Assembly: GCA_963422375.2 (NCBI GenBank)
Contig: OY729428.2
Coordinates: forward strand, 3,232,001-3,296,000
Source: Bryobacterales bacterium
GTDB taxonomy: Bacteria > Acidobacteriota > Terriglobia > Bryobacterales > UBA6623
Direction of reading: 5' to 3'
DNA length: 64,000 nt
Position 1 is the stretch's first letter. Each line of letters opens with the position of its first letter. Shown here one piece after another: positions 31,662 through 44,388 of the stretch. The notes under the pieces were generated by a model. It saw nothing but the letters and a program-made list of their open reading frames with translations, searched no databases and had not been told where the DNA came from. The translations under genes were made by a program, and so were the position numbers.

Positions 31662-33302
31662 CAGCGATTCTCAATTTGGGCATTTTGGGATTTCCAGAGT
31701 GTCTGAGAAAGGTGTCGCAGGCAGTCTGGCACTTGACTTTTGCTTGCGGAATTTGTGAGCTAGGGTGCATGCCCCATGTCCTGGACTCGCTGCCGAGCGC
31801 CTTCCGCGAGACGGCCGCCGGCCTGCCCGACCGGCGCGAGGGTCGCCGCAACAAGCGCTACGAGGTCAGCGACGCCGCCGGCTGCGCCCCGGCCTGCTTC
31901 TTCACCCGGTGCGAGTCGTTCCTCGCGTTCCAGCGGCGCATGGAGCGGGACGGCTCGCGCTTCAACTGCCGGACCCTGTTCGGCGCGGGCCGCATCCCCT
32001 GCGACAACCGGATCCGCAACTTGCTCGACGATCTCGACCCGGCCGCGTTCGACCCGCTCTTCCGGCCGTGCCTCGCAACCGTGGCCGCGCAGGGCGCGCT
32101 CGAGCCCTTCCAGCGCCTGCCGGCGGCTCCGGACGGCGTCCGGTTCCACCGCTCCGACAGGGTGCATTGCCCGCAGTGCTCGGTGCGGCGCGTCGGCAGC
32201 GAGCGCCGGCCGCATCACTTCCACGCCATGGTCGCGGCCACCGCGGTGGCCGACGGCCACGCCACCGTCCTGCCGCTGATGCCCGAGTTCGCGTGCCCGC
32301 AGCGGGACGCGGCCGCGACCCGCGCCGACATGAGCGAGGACGAGCGCAAGCGGGACTGCGAGCGCAACGCCGCCAAGCGCTGGCTCGCCGCTCACGGCGC
32401 CTGGCTGCAGGCCTGCCGCCCCGTCCTGCCGGGCGACGACCTGTACTGCTGCCAGCCGGTCCGCGAGGCCGCCGCGGCGGCCGGCATGGACTGCATCCGG
32501 GTAGGCAAGCCCGGATCCCGCAAGCGCTTGTACGAGGTGCCGGAGAGCCGGCGGGCGAGCGGCGCGAGCGGCACCGTTTTCGCCGGACGGCCGCGGTGCC
32601 CCTGCGCAAGGGCCGCGACGCCCTGCGGGGCACTTGGCTCGAGTACGCCGTGGAGCGCGACGGCAAGCGCACCTGCGCCAACAGCTTCTTCACCGGTCTC
32701 GCGGTCACCGCGGACAACGCGGAGCGGATCGCGCGCGCCGGCCGGGCGCGCTGGAAGATCGAGAACGGGGGCTTCAACTGCCTGGCGCGGCACGGCCGCA
32801 ACTTCAAGCGCAACTTCGGGCACGGCAAGGAAGGGCCGGCCAACGTGCCGGCCGTGCCGAACCTGTTCGCCTTCGCGCTCCACGCCGTGGTGCAGTGCGT
32901 CTGCGCGCTGTGGCAGCAGTGCCGGCGCCAGCCGGTCACGCGCCGCGCCCTGTTCCGGGAGCTGCAGGTCGCGCTGCGCTGGTTCCGCTTCCCGGACCGG
33001 CCGACGCTGCTGGCAGCGGTGCGCGACGGACGCGCGCCTCCGGGTTGCCAGGCGGCCGGGGCCTAGACTCCGCGCAGTTTCGTGCCGGCAGCGTCCGGCG
33101 AGCGGCCGACCGTCGCAGCCGGCTACCGCCGGAGTGCGTCCGGCCGCGGGCTCGGCACTCGGCGGGCCGCGCCACGGCCCTGCCCGCCGTCCGACGCTCC
33201 CGCGGGGCGGCCTCCGGAGCGCAACCTCTCGGTCAACTGATTCACCTCATCCTCCGAAACAACCTTCACGCACCCCCTTGACGGCCAAATTTAGAACCGC
33301 TG
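31662..33302 (+). mobile_element. ISNCY-type insertion sequence, copy 2 (transposase frameshifted)
   Basis: Same IRs as 12921-14645. 9-bp TSD CCGCTGATG at 31653-31661 and 33303-33311. Deletions of about 12, 49 and 13 bp relative to copy 1. Confidence 0.92.
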
Positions 33303-33458
33303 CCGCTGATGCCAGCAGCTCTCCCTTGCGCGACTCCAACTCTTGGTTCCGGCGTCTGGTCCCAGCAGCGTCGGCACGGGCCCCGCTGGCTCAAACCGGC
33401 ATCCCCTGATCCACGTGCTCCGTCTCGTCAAGTCTCAGAGTTCCGAACATAGGCAGTT

Positions 33459-36191
33459 TTAGGTTGTCCAAGAGTCTCGCGTCGGAGGGGAGCGGGACGG
33501 TGTGGCCGGGGCGATGGGCTGGCCGCAGGGACTCGCGGACGGCCTTGGGGCGAGCAGCCGCGGAGGCATGGATCGGGGCCTTGGTACCGGCACGTTCGAG
33601 CGAGAGAGCGGTGTCGCCGGTAACTGCGCCGGCCAGCCGGCGGGGACGGGTACCGGGAGCGGTCCGGTCACCTCCGGGGAAGGCCGTCGGCGGCCGCGAC
33701 CGCGGACGCTCCGCGCGGAACCCGTCGCGGTTGGTCGCGGCTGGCTCGGGACCCGGTCGGCGGCCGCGGCCGGGCCGCCGGGGAGGCCCGCGCTTCCAGC
33801 GCTCCGCCCGAGGAGCCGCGCGCCCGGCGCGGGCCGGCCGCGCCAGGCCCCCGCCGGGCGCGTCGGAGCGGTCGGCAGGATTTCGTAGACCAAGCGCAGG
33901 TCCGTGCCGGGGAACACCGCCCGGGCGCGGTTGAGATCCGCGGTCAGCGGCCCGAGCGCCTCGTCGCGGGCCCGCGTGGATTGGTGCAGCAGGCTCACGG
34001 CGAGGGTGCCCGCGGCCGGGTCCGGGCGCAGGCCGGCCGCGCTGCGGAACAGCGCCTGCAGCAGCTCGCGGGCCGGCTCGGCCGGCTCGGGCGCGACCAC
34101 GGCCGCCATGGCCGGCTCGGCCCGGCAGGCCGCCACGCGCACGGTCTCGAGCAGGTGGCGCAGCGGCGCGGGCAGGGCCGTCACGCGGTCCTCCGGGTCC
34201 AGCTCGCCCGCCGGGACGTGCTGCCGGCAGTCGCTCATGCCCCATGCCAGGCCCTTTTCGAGCCTGTCGGCCGCGGCCGGCTGCGCTTGCAGCCGGCGGC
34301 CCCGCTCGCTGTCGGGATGCTCTTCCCGGGCCAGCCGGCGGCGCAGCCGGCCGAGGCGCTCCTCGGTCTTCTCGCGCAAGTTCCCGGCCACGCGCCAGGG
34401 CGGGTTGGTCACCCGCGTGTCCGGAGCGACCTCCGCCAGGGCGTGCTCGGCCAGGGTGTCGAGCCCGAACTCGCTGCGCATGTACTTGAAGAAGTTCTCC
34501 TGCGTCCAGCGCGAGCGCAGCAGGCCCGCCACCTGCTCGGCGGACAGGCTCGGGTGCGTCGTCAGCGCGGACGGCTGGCGCCGGCCCGGGCCCGGCGCGC
34601 CGGCGCGTTGCAGGGGCTGGCGCGGCGGTCGCCGGCGGGCGGCTGGCGCCGGTCGATCCGGAAGCGGATCCCGCGCGCCTTGACGCCGCCGCCCGGGGGC
34701 GAAGGGCCGCTCGGCGATGCGGCCGCCTTGAAGTCGGCCTCGGGCCAGCGTTGCTCCCGCTTGTCCTTGATCCACGTGACCGCGGCCACGCCCTGCCGCC
34801 GCAGCTGGCGGAACAGTTCCGGGCTCCAGCCGTCGCGGTCGAACACCAGCGTCAGCCGCGGCGGCGGCGGCTCGCCCTCGGGCGGGTCCGAGCCCGCCGG
34901 CAGCAGCCCCCGCGCGAGCAGCGACCACGCCAAGTCCGCCAGCGCCCGGACCATGCCGGGGTCGGCCTGGCAGTGCAGGCACGGCAGAGGCGCGCCGCCG
35001 AGAGCCGCGACCCAGTAGCTGACCGAGGCCGGCAGGGCCAGCCTCAGCCGCGGCACGTAGTGCTTGAGCAGGTTGCCGCGGCCGTGGTAGACCTGCACGT
35101 GACCGTCGAGGAACAGCGTGGCCGCGGCCGCGGGATCGTCCGCGGCCCAGTCGCCCGCCAGGCCGGACCGCCAGGCCTGCAAAGCCTCGGGCTGCTCGCC
35201 GAGACGGTGCATCTTGCGCCGCAGGGTGCGCGGGCAAGGACAGCGGTCGAGGCCCGGCAGGGCGCCCCACTCGCCGGGCGCCTCGGCGCCGAGACGCTCG
35301 GGGTTGCGCACCCGGGCCGGCAGCAGGAAGGCCGGCACCAGCAGGGTCGAGTGCAGGCCGTAGAAGCCCTTGCCGACGCTCAGCGCGCCCAGGTGGCCGA
35401 GCAAGCCGGCCTGCAGCAGGGCGGGCAGGGCCGCCAGGATGCCGCCCTCGGCCACCGCCGCGGCCGGCGCGAAGCTCGGAGCACGCTCCTCCAACTGGCC
35501 GAGACTGGCCAAGGCGCGACCCTGCGAGTCGCAGGTGGCCCGGCCCCGGGGCGCGATCGCGGCGCGGCGGCTGCGCTCCTCGCGCCCCGGGGCCGGCGGT
35601 TGCTCCGCGACACTCGCCGCCCCGGCGGGTGCGGGCTCTTCTTCGGTCGCGGGGGCCTTCTCCGTCGCGGGCACCTCGGGGTCGCCGGCGCCTGCTCGCA
35701 GGCGGGCGTCGCGGCGAGCGCCGGGATGCCGGGCAGGCGACCGATCCGCTTGTACTGGCGCAGGGTCTCGTAGCACGCGCCCGGCTGGCGCCTTCCAGCA
35801 GAATCCGCGCAGCTCGGCGCAGGACCTCCCGGTCCTCGATCCCGTGCCGGCGGCGCGGGCGGCGCGGGCGGTCGAAACCGGCCGGGCCGTACTGCTCGAG
35901 GCGCTCCACGTCCCGGCGCACCGTGCGCGCGCAGACCCCGCCAGCCCGCGCCAGTTGCGCCGGCGTGGCCAGCTGCATGTGTGCCAAGTGCGCCAAGTGC
36001 GCCATGCAGCGGCGAGCGGCGCGGCGGTCGTCCGCTGCTTGCATGTCGATCGGCGAGATATCGAGGTAGTAGTACACGCGGTCGCCGTCCCGGAGCATGC
36101 TCGGGCGCTGGTTGACGGGGGTGGCCTCGGCGGGCTGCAGGCCGAGCGATCCGGGCACGCCGCGGGGCGTCTGCGGGAGCTCCGAGCTCAT
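33459..36191 (-). pseudogene. Large degenerate DDE transposase of an unclassified family
   Basis: Motifs spread over shifted frames: N-terminal HTH, LFLDGHVQVYHG, LTLVFDRDGWSP, RSRWTQENFFKYM, FPGTDLRLVYE. Frameshifts near 35775 and 34660. 3' limit uncertain. Confidence 0.72.
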
Positions 36192-36332
36192 GTACTGACC
36201 TCGCCAAAAGTAATTTCACGAGATCGACGATAATACGTAAAACTTTAACTGTACTATAAAACAAACTATTCTCATTCACATCGCATCAATGTCCCGTTGC
36301 GGAATGCCAACCCTAAGTGCTATGATCGTACC

Positions 36333-37372
36333 ATGGACCTCCCTGCATTCCACGACTTTCGCAATGTCCCTCTTCGCGATCGACCAGCCATCCGGAAGTG
36401 GATCGTCATTCGCATCCGTCACGGCGAGTCCATCACCTCGATGGCCGCATCTCTCCGCATCGAATCCCGTACGATCCGCCGTTGATTCGCCAGCTATGTC
36501 AGCTCTGGATTCGCCGGACTTGTCAACAAGACAAGACAGGGAATACCGCGCATCATCTCCCAGAATAAAGTCGAATAGATCCGCGCGACTGTGCGCGACA
36601 AGGATCCGTCTCAGCTCAAGTTTCCGTTCGCCTATTCGACTTTGAAATCCGTGCGTCAGGCCATCCTCGAACGGTTCGGAACCCGGATCTCCGCATCGAC
36701 CGCGAGACGGGTATTGAAGCGCTTGGGATTCACCGTGCAGCGGCCGCAAGTGCGGGCCTTCCAGTGTAACGAGGAAGCAGTAAGAAATTGGAAGAAAAAG
36801 GTTTATTCGGACCTAGCCAAGCGGGCGAAGGAGTGCGGAACGACCATCTTATTCGCGGACGAGGCCGGAATGAACTCGCAGTATCACCGCGGGACGAACA
36901 TGGGCTCTTCGCGGCGAGACTCCGCAGGTGAAGTTCACCGGAGAGCGCTTTCGAATGAACATGATGTCGGCGATCAGCAGCGACGGAGACCTCTTACTGG
37001 AAGCTGCATGAGGGGAGTGGTACTGCGGTTGTATTCCGTGAATTTATCGAGCAGATTCTAGGCGAAATCGGTGGTCAAAAGGTTTGGATTATCGTGGACG
37101 GTCACCGGATTCATACGGCTCGTCCGGTGAAGGAATTTCTAGCGGAAAGGAAGGACGATGTGGAGCTCTATATCCTGCCAGCATACGCGCCAGATCTGAA
37201 TCCTGATGAATCGATTTGGTCGCAGATCAAGCGCCGTGTCGGGAAGGAATTTCTGCGGAAAAAGCAGGATATGAAGAGGCACATGATCGAGGACTTCGAG
37301 GATTTTAAGGCAAATCCTAGGAAGGTAAAAGGGTGCTTTTATCAAGCCGATTGTGCGTACACTCTGTGCTAA
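36333..37372 (+). pseudogene. IS630 transposase pseudogene
   Basis: LFADEAG, IIVDGHRIH, LPAYAPDLNPDESIW. Two in-frame stops (TGA at 36483, TAG near 36576) and two frameshifts (near 36897 and 36995). Confidence 0.88.
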
Positions 37373-37391
37373 CCGGTGCTGCAATTACTTT

Positions 37392-38424
37392 CCTGATTAC
37401 CCACAAGACGCAGCCAAGGTTAGGAGGCGGTAAGGCATGGGCGGGGTGCGCACGGAGGCGTGGAGCAGGCGGGGGACCAGCGCCTCCAGATCGTAGCGGC
37501 GGTTGAAGCGGTAGCGGAACTCGGCGAGGTAGCGCGGCAGGTGCTTGCCGTCGAGCGCATGGCAGGTTCCCGCCAGGGACCGCTTGACGTTCGCCAGCAT
37601 CGTGCTGACCCGGACGAAGCGGGAATCCCCGCAGCTCCGCTGCCCGCCTCCGGCGACGGTCGGCACGTGCTCGCAGCCGGCGCCGGCCACGCCCCGCAAG
37701 CAGGCCGGGCCGTCGGCATGCACCTCCGTGCCGGGCTGCAGGTGCCGCCCGGCCCACGCTGCCAGCGTCTTCTTGCGGAAGCCCGCCACGCTGCTCAGGC
37801 GCATCCTTGCCGGCTTGCCGGCGGCGGTGACCTGCACGGCGGCCACGAACGGCGTCTTGCCCGCCGCGCCGCGACCGCGCTTGCCGCCGCTCCGCTCCCC
37901 GCCCCGGTAGGCGTCGTCCACCTGCACGATGCCGCCCAGCGGCAGGCGCTCGTCGCGCTCCTTCATCACTTGCAGGAGCTTGTGCTTCATCTTCCAAGCC
38001 GTGTTCCGGCTGACCCCCGGCTGCCGCGCCAGTTCCAGCGACGCAACGCCGTGCTGGCCCTGCGTCAGCAGGTGGAGCGCCAGCAACCGGACGGTCAGCG
38101 GCAGCTTGGTGGCGGCGAAGATCGTGCCGGCGACGAGGGAGGTCCGGCGGTGGCAGGCATGGCACTGCCGGAGCTTGCGGGAGCGGATGCGGCAGTGCCG
38201 GCGGGAGCCGCACTCCGGGCAGCGGAAGCCGTCCGGCCAGCGGGCCTTGAAGACGGCCTGCTCGCATGGCCCCTCGCTGCCGTAGCGCTGCAGGAACTTG
38301 CCCGGACTGAGCCCCTTCTGGAATTGCACGCGATTGCGTTTCAGCTGCTATCCCCTTTCCTGTCAGAGGTTTCCGACCTCCTCCAGTATAGCATATCCTC
38401 GGCTGACGTTCGTTGGTAATCAGG
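37392..38424 (-). mobile_element. IS1595-family element, copy 1 (1033 bp; transposase 37397-38329)
   Basis: IRs CCTGATTACC / GGTAATCAGG. 8-bp TSD ATTACTTT at 37384-37391 and 38425-38432. Zinc ribbon CPECG...CHAC, VQVDDAY, RYLAEFRYRFNRR. Confidence 0.93.
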
Positions 38425-38570
38425 ATTACTTTTGGCAAGGTCAGTACCCAACTATTACACGGCGACGGTTCGCGTCCGACCCGCGTGTTGGTAAGGTAAT
38501 TCTTCCCGGCGCGCTCCCGAACGAGCGGCGCGCCTCCCCCTGACTATCTCTCGACGGACGGACTACGCAC

Positions 38571-39455
38571 GTGAACGAATCGACAGGCAACACCATGGAC
38601 TTCGGCGACAGGACGAAGCTGAACGCGCTGACGTTCTCGGTGCTCGCCCTGTTCCACGCGGGAGCGCTGGCCGCTCCGTTTTTCTTCACGTGGGAGAACC
38701 TGGCGGTGACCGTGGTCATCTACTGGATGGCGGTCAGCTGGGGCATCGGCATGGGCTACCACCGCCTGCACACGCATCGCGGGTACCGCGTGCCGAAATG
38801 GATCGAGTATTTCCTCGCGTTCTGCGGCACGCTGGCGCTGGAGGGCGGCCCGATCTACTGGGTCGCCGCGCATCGCTGCCACCACCAGCACTCCGACACC
38901 GACTTGGATCCGCACACGCCGCGGCATGGCGGGTTCTGGGCGCACGTGGGATGGATCATCTTCGGCAAGACGCTGCACAGCGACACGGCCCTGATGGGAA
39001 GATACGCACCGGATCTCCTCAAGGACCGTTACTACCGGCTGCTGAGCGAGTGGCACTGGGTCCCGCTGACGGTTCTGGGAATCGTGGCGTGGGCGCTGGG
39101 CGGTTTCGGCATGATGCTGTGGGTCGTGCCGCTGCGCGTCGTGGTCAGCCTGCACACGACCTGGCTGGTGAACGCGGCAACGCACATGTGGGGCAGTCGC
39201 AGGTTCCGCACGACGGACGACTCGCGCAACCTGTGGTGGGTGGCCCTGATCACGTTCGGCGAGGGCTGGCACAACAACCATCACGCGCACCCTGTCTCCG
39301 CGCGGCACGGCATGGCGTGGTACGAGTTGGACATCAGCTTCATTCAGATCTGGGTCCTGATGAAGCTCGGCATCGCGAAGGCGGTTTACGCCCCGGGTCT
39401 CGACGATCTGGGCGAGGCCGAGGATCCCGCGCCGGCGCTCAAGGTTCCGGCGTAG
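38571..39455 (+). CDS. Delta-9-type fatty acid (acyl-lipid) desaturase
   Basis: His boxes GYHRLHTHR, HRCHH, GEGWHNNHH, plus DPHTP. Confidence 0.93.
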   Translation: MNESTGNTMDFGDRTKLNALTFSVLALFHAGALAAPFFFTWENLAVTVVIYWMAVSWGIGMGYHRLHTHRGYRVPKWIEYFLAFCGTLALEGGPIYWVAAHRCHHQHSDTDLDPHTPRHGGFWAHVGWIIFGKTLHSDTALMGRYAPDLLKDRYYRLLSEWHWVPLTVLGIVAWALGGFGMMLWVVPLRVVVSLHTTWLVNAATHMWGSRRFRTTDDSRNLWWVALITFGEGWHNNHHAHPVSARHGMAWYELDISFIQIWVLMKLGIAKAVYAPGLDDLGEAEDPAPALKVPA

Positions 39456-39692
39456 CGCCCCGCTGAATCCGTTACTGCTGGCGGCACCCGCTGGTTCCGC
39501 CAGCGCAAGAATTCGCATCCGGCGGCACCGTGCTGCGGGCCGACCCGCTCCTCAATCCCGGCACCGACAGCGAGTCGGCGCTGAAATTCAACGATCTGCC
39601 TCCGCCGGTGGCGGGTCAATCGCGGATTTCGCGCATGCCGCATAGCACCACGCCTTGGTTGTGTAGTACGCTGGCCTGCGAGCGGCGACAAG

Positions 39693-42527
39693 TTGGCGTA
39701 TCGAGACCCATGTAGCTTCGCGGCGGCAGCCGGATTCGCGTTGGCGGCGGCGGCAGCAGCCGCCACGCCGGAGCAGATCGAATTCTTCGAGCGGGACATT
39801 CGCCCGCTGCTCGTCGAACAGTGCTCCGCCTGCCACGGCGAGCACGTGCAAACCGGCGGCCTGGCACTGGACACGCCCGAAGCCTTCTACCGGGGCGGGG
39901 ACTCCGGTCCCGTCTTCTCGGAGCACGATCCAGCGAGCAGCCGGCTGCTGGCGGCGGTGCGCTACGAGGGCGACATCAAGATGCCGCCGACCGGCAAGCT
40001 GCCCGTCGGCGAGATTGCGGCGCTGGCCCGCTGGATCGAAATGGGCGCGCCATGGCCCGGCGCTCGGGCCGTGACCGTTTCGCCGTCCCAGTCCGCGAGT
40101 CCCGAGTGGACTGCCGAGCAGACGGGTCACTGGTCCTTCCAGCCCGTGCGACCCCACCAGCCTCCTGCCGTGATGCAGGAAGAGTGGGTGCGCACGCCGG
40201 TCGACCGCTTCATCCTGGCGAAGCTGGAGCGGCACGGGCTTGCGCCCCCTTCCGCGGCCGACGACCTGACCTTGCTGCGCCGGGCCAAGTACGACCTGCA
40301 CGGCCTGCCTCCGACGGAAGCCGAGATCGAGACCTTCCTGGCGGACACGGCCCCGGGCGCCTACGCGCGGCTGGTCGACCGCCTGCTCGGTTCGCCGCGA
40401 TACGGCGAGAAATGGGGTCGGCACTGGCTCGACATCGCGCGCTACGCCGACTCCACCGGACTCGACGACGACATCAAGCTGCCGCACACTTGGCGCTATC
40501 GCGACTACGTCATCGACGCTTGGAATCGCGACACCCCTTACGACCAATTCATCGTCGAGCAGCTCGCCGGCGACCACCTGCCGCCCGGCGGAGCGGAAGC
40601 GGTGAATCGCAAGGGCATCATCGCCACGGGCTTCCTGGCCGTGGGCACCAAGCCGCTTGTCCAGCAGGACAAGGTCAAGATGAAGTACGACGTGATCGAC
40701 GAGCAGATCGACACGACAGGAAAGGTGTTCATGGCATTGACGGTGGGCTGCGCCCGCTGCCACGACCATAAGTTCGATCCGATCGCCACCAAGGACTACT
40801 ACTCGCTGGCCGGCATCTACGCCAGCGCCAGGAACTTCGCGAGCCTCGATCCGGCGATGACGGTCTCGAAGGTTCACTTCGAGCCGCTCGTCGCCGAGGA
40901 GGTCTACCGGCGCTACAGGGACCATCAGGACAGGATCGGCCACGTCAAGCGGAGGGTCAAGTCGATCATCGACTTGGAGCGCTACCGGTACGTCCTCGAG
41001 CGTCGCAGTTCGCGGCTGGCGGACTACATGGTCGCGGCGCACGAGGTCTACGCCAGCGGCGCGGATGCCGCGATCGTCGGCGATCGCGAGGGCTTGGACT
41101 GCGAGGTGCTGCAGCTGTGGGCCGAGTACTTGGAGCCCGGCGACGACCTCCGACTGCACTTGAAGGAGTGGCACGAGGCCGGCGACCATGAGCGGGCCGC
41201 GACGGCCGCCGAGTACCAGCGCAGGTTCCGCGCCAGAGGAGAGGACTGGATCGCCCAGCTGGCCGCGTGGCGCGTCGAGATCGAGGGCTGGGACGGCGCC
41301 GGCGAGTTCCCCGAGGGGCCGGACTTGGCCCCCGGAGTGGACCGGTTCTTCTCCGAGGTCACGCTCTCGGCTGCCGGCATGGACGAGGGCGCGCGGAGAG
41401 CGGACGGACCCTTCGCGATCCCCAACCGCTTGGTCGACGCGATTCTCCCCCCGGCGGCCGGCGAGCGCGTAGCCGACCTCCGCAAGCAGCAGACCCAGCT
41501 GGAGGAGTCGGCCCTCCCCGAGCCGCCAATGGCTTATGCCGTAGGCCGCGGAGAGAGCGTCGAGCAGCGCGTCTTCGTCCGGGGCAACCACAACCAGCCC
41601 GGAGAGCCGGCTCCCCGGCAGTTCCCCGCGATTCTGGCCGGCGAGGACCAGCAGCCCGTTCCTGACAGCGAGGGCAGGCTCCGGCTGGCGGAATGGATCG
41701 CGAGCGGCGACCATCCGCTCACGGGACGCGTGATCGTGAACCGGCTCTGGCACTGGCACTTCGGCGAGGGGCTGGTGCGCACGCCCAACAATTTCGGCCT
41801 CATGGGCGAGCGGCCCAGCCATCCGGAACTGCTCGACTACATGGCGGGGCGGTTCGTGGCCGACGGCTGGTCGCTGAAGGCGATGCACCGGCTGATCATG
41901 CTCTCCAGCGCCTACCGCAGCCAGAGCACTGTCACGGACGAGGCTTGGGCGGAGGATCCTTCCAACCGTCTTTGGTCCCGTTTCAGCCGGCGCAGGCTGA
42001 CCGTCGAGGAAATGCGCGACGCGCTGCTGGGGGTCGACAGCTCCCTCGACCTAGCGATGGGCGGCGCGCTCACCGACAGCCTAGATTCGTACGGCTTCAA
42101 GAACGCCTACCTGCATCCGGACGACACCCGGCGGCGCACCGTCTACCTGCCGATCTACCGCAACAGGCTGCCGGGCTTGCTGACGCTGTTCGACTTCGCC
42201 GACCCGTCCGCCAGCATCGCCGCCCGATCCAAGACGAGCATCGCGCCGCAGTGGCTGTACTTCATGAACAGCGACTTCGTGCATGTCCGCGCGGCCTCGA
42301 TGGCGAGCCACCTGCTGACCGACAGAGAGTCCCCCGACAGGGAGCGCGTCAAGCGGGCGTACCGCTTGGCGCTGACGCGCGAGGCGCGACCGCGCGAGGT
42401 CGACGAAGCCGTTGCCTACATGGCCCAATACCCCGTTGCCGACGACGCGGACGACGAGCGGCTGGAGCGCTGGCGGAGCTTCTGCCGCCTGCTGCTAGGC
42501 TCGAACGAGTTCAACCACGTCAACTGA
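39693..42527 (+). CDS. PSD1 / planctomycete cytochrome c protein (DUF1549 + DUF1553)
   Basis: CSACH, HWSFQP, YGEKWGRHWLDIARYADS, CARCHDHKFDP, PSHPELLDY. Confidence 0.92.
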   Translation: MAYRDPCSFAAAAGFALAAAAAAATPEQIEFFERDIRPLLVEQCSACHGEHVQTGGLALDTPEAFYRGGDSGPVFSEHDPASSRLLAAVRYEGDIKMPPTGKLPVGEIAALARWIEMGAPWPGARAVTVSPSQSASPEWTAEQTGHWSFQPVRPHQPPAVMQEEWVRTPVDRFILAKLERHGLAPPSAADDLTLLRRAKYDLHGLPPTEAEIETFLADTAPGAYARLVDRLLGSPRYGEKWGRHWLDIARYADSTGLDDDIKLPHTWRYRDYVIDAWNRDTPYDQFIVEQLAGDHLPPGGAEAVNRKGIIATGFLAVGTKPLVQQDKVKMKYDVIDEQIDTTGKVFMALTVGCARCHDHKFDPIATKDYYSLAGIYASARNFASLDPAMTVSKVHFEPLVAEEVYRRYRDHQDRIGHVKRRVKSIIDLERYRYVLERRSSRLADYMVAAHEVYASGADAAIVGDREGLDCEVLQLWAEYLEPGDDLRLHLKEWHEAGDHERAATAAEYQRRFRARGEDWIAQLAAWRVEIEGWDGAGEFPEGPDLAPGVDRFFSEVTLSAAGMDEGARRADGPFAIPNRLVDAILPPAAGERVADLRKQQTQLEESALPEPPMAYAVGRGESVEQRVFVRGNHNQPGEPAPRQFPAILAGEDQQPVPDSEGRLRLAEWIASGDHPLTGRVIVNRLWHWHFGEGLVRTPNNFGLMGERPSHPELLDYMAGRFVADGWSLKAMHRLIMLSSAYRSQSTVTDEAWAEDPSNRLWSRFSRRRLTVEEMRDALLGVDSSLDLAMGGALTDSLDSYGFKNAYLHPDDTRRRTVYLPIYRNRLPGLLTLFDFADPSASIAARSKTSIAPQWLYFMNSDFVHVRAASMASHLLTDRESPDRERVKRAYRLALTREARPREVDEAVAYMAQYPVADDADDERLERWRSFCRLLLGSNEFNHVN

Positions 42528-42535
42528 GGAGTAGC

Positions 42536-43977
<1,442 letters not shown>

Positions 43978-44348
43978 AGCGCAGAGCGCCCTAGGCCCCG
44001 CTACCGCACCGATCGGGGCGGCACGCTTCGAACCAGTGCCGCCAGGAAGCGCGGCGCCTCCGCGCCGCGAGAGGTCGACAAGCCGATCAGGAACCGGACC
44101 GCGAACGTCGAGTCACTAGGGCCTCCAGTCGAGACGCCGGTGCCGGGCTGCGACGAGTCCCGGCTGCCTCAGCGCCGTCGGCTGCGTGCAGTGGCGCGAC
44201 CTGCAGGCCGCGGTTCCGAAGTGGATCGGTTTCGATCCTTGGCAGCCAGCGCACCGCTTCGGCGAGCGAGCGGCCGCCGGCCGCCCAGTGAACTGGGCTC
44301 GGGCGCGCGGAAGGATGTCGCGTAGAGCGGGCAGCCCGGCTGTCGCAT

Positions 44349-44377
44349 GGCGGTCGCCGCTTGCCGCGGCGACCGCC
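44349..44377. terminator. Hairpin downstream of the TBDR stop
   Basis: Perfect 12-bp stem GGCGGTCGCCGC-TTGCC-GCGGCGACCGCC. No U-tract. Confidence 0.5.
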
Positions 44378-44388
44378 GTTCTTCCGCG

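Larger units (their letters stand above)
36195..38444 (+). mobile_element. IS630-family element carrying a nested IS1595
   Basis: IRs CTGACCTCGCCAAAAGTAAT / ATTACTTTTGGCAAGGTCAG, flanked by TA at 36193-36194 and 38445-38446. Visibly more AT-rich than the flanks. Confidence 0.9.

Noticed and set aside
44186..44290. Possible IS3-type integrase tail (AAVPKWIGFDPWQPAHRFG)
   Set aside because: Too short and degenerate to support without a search.
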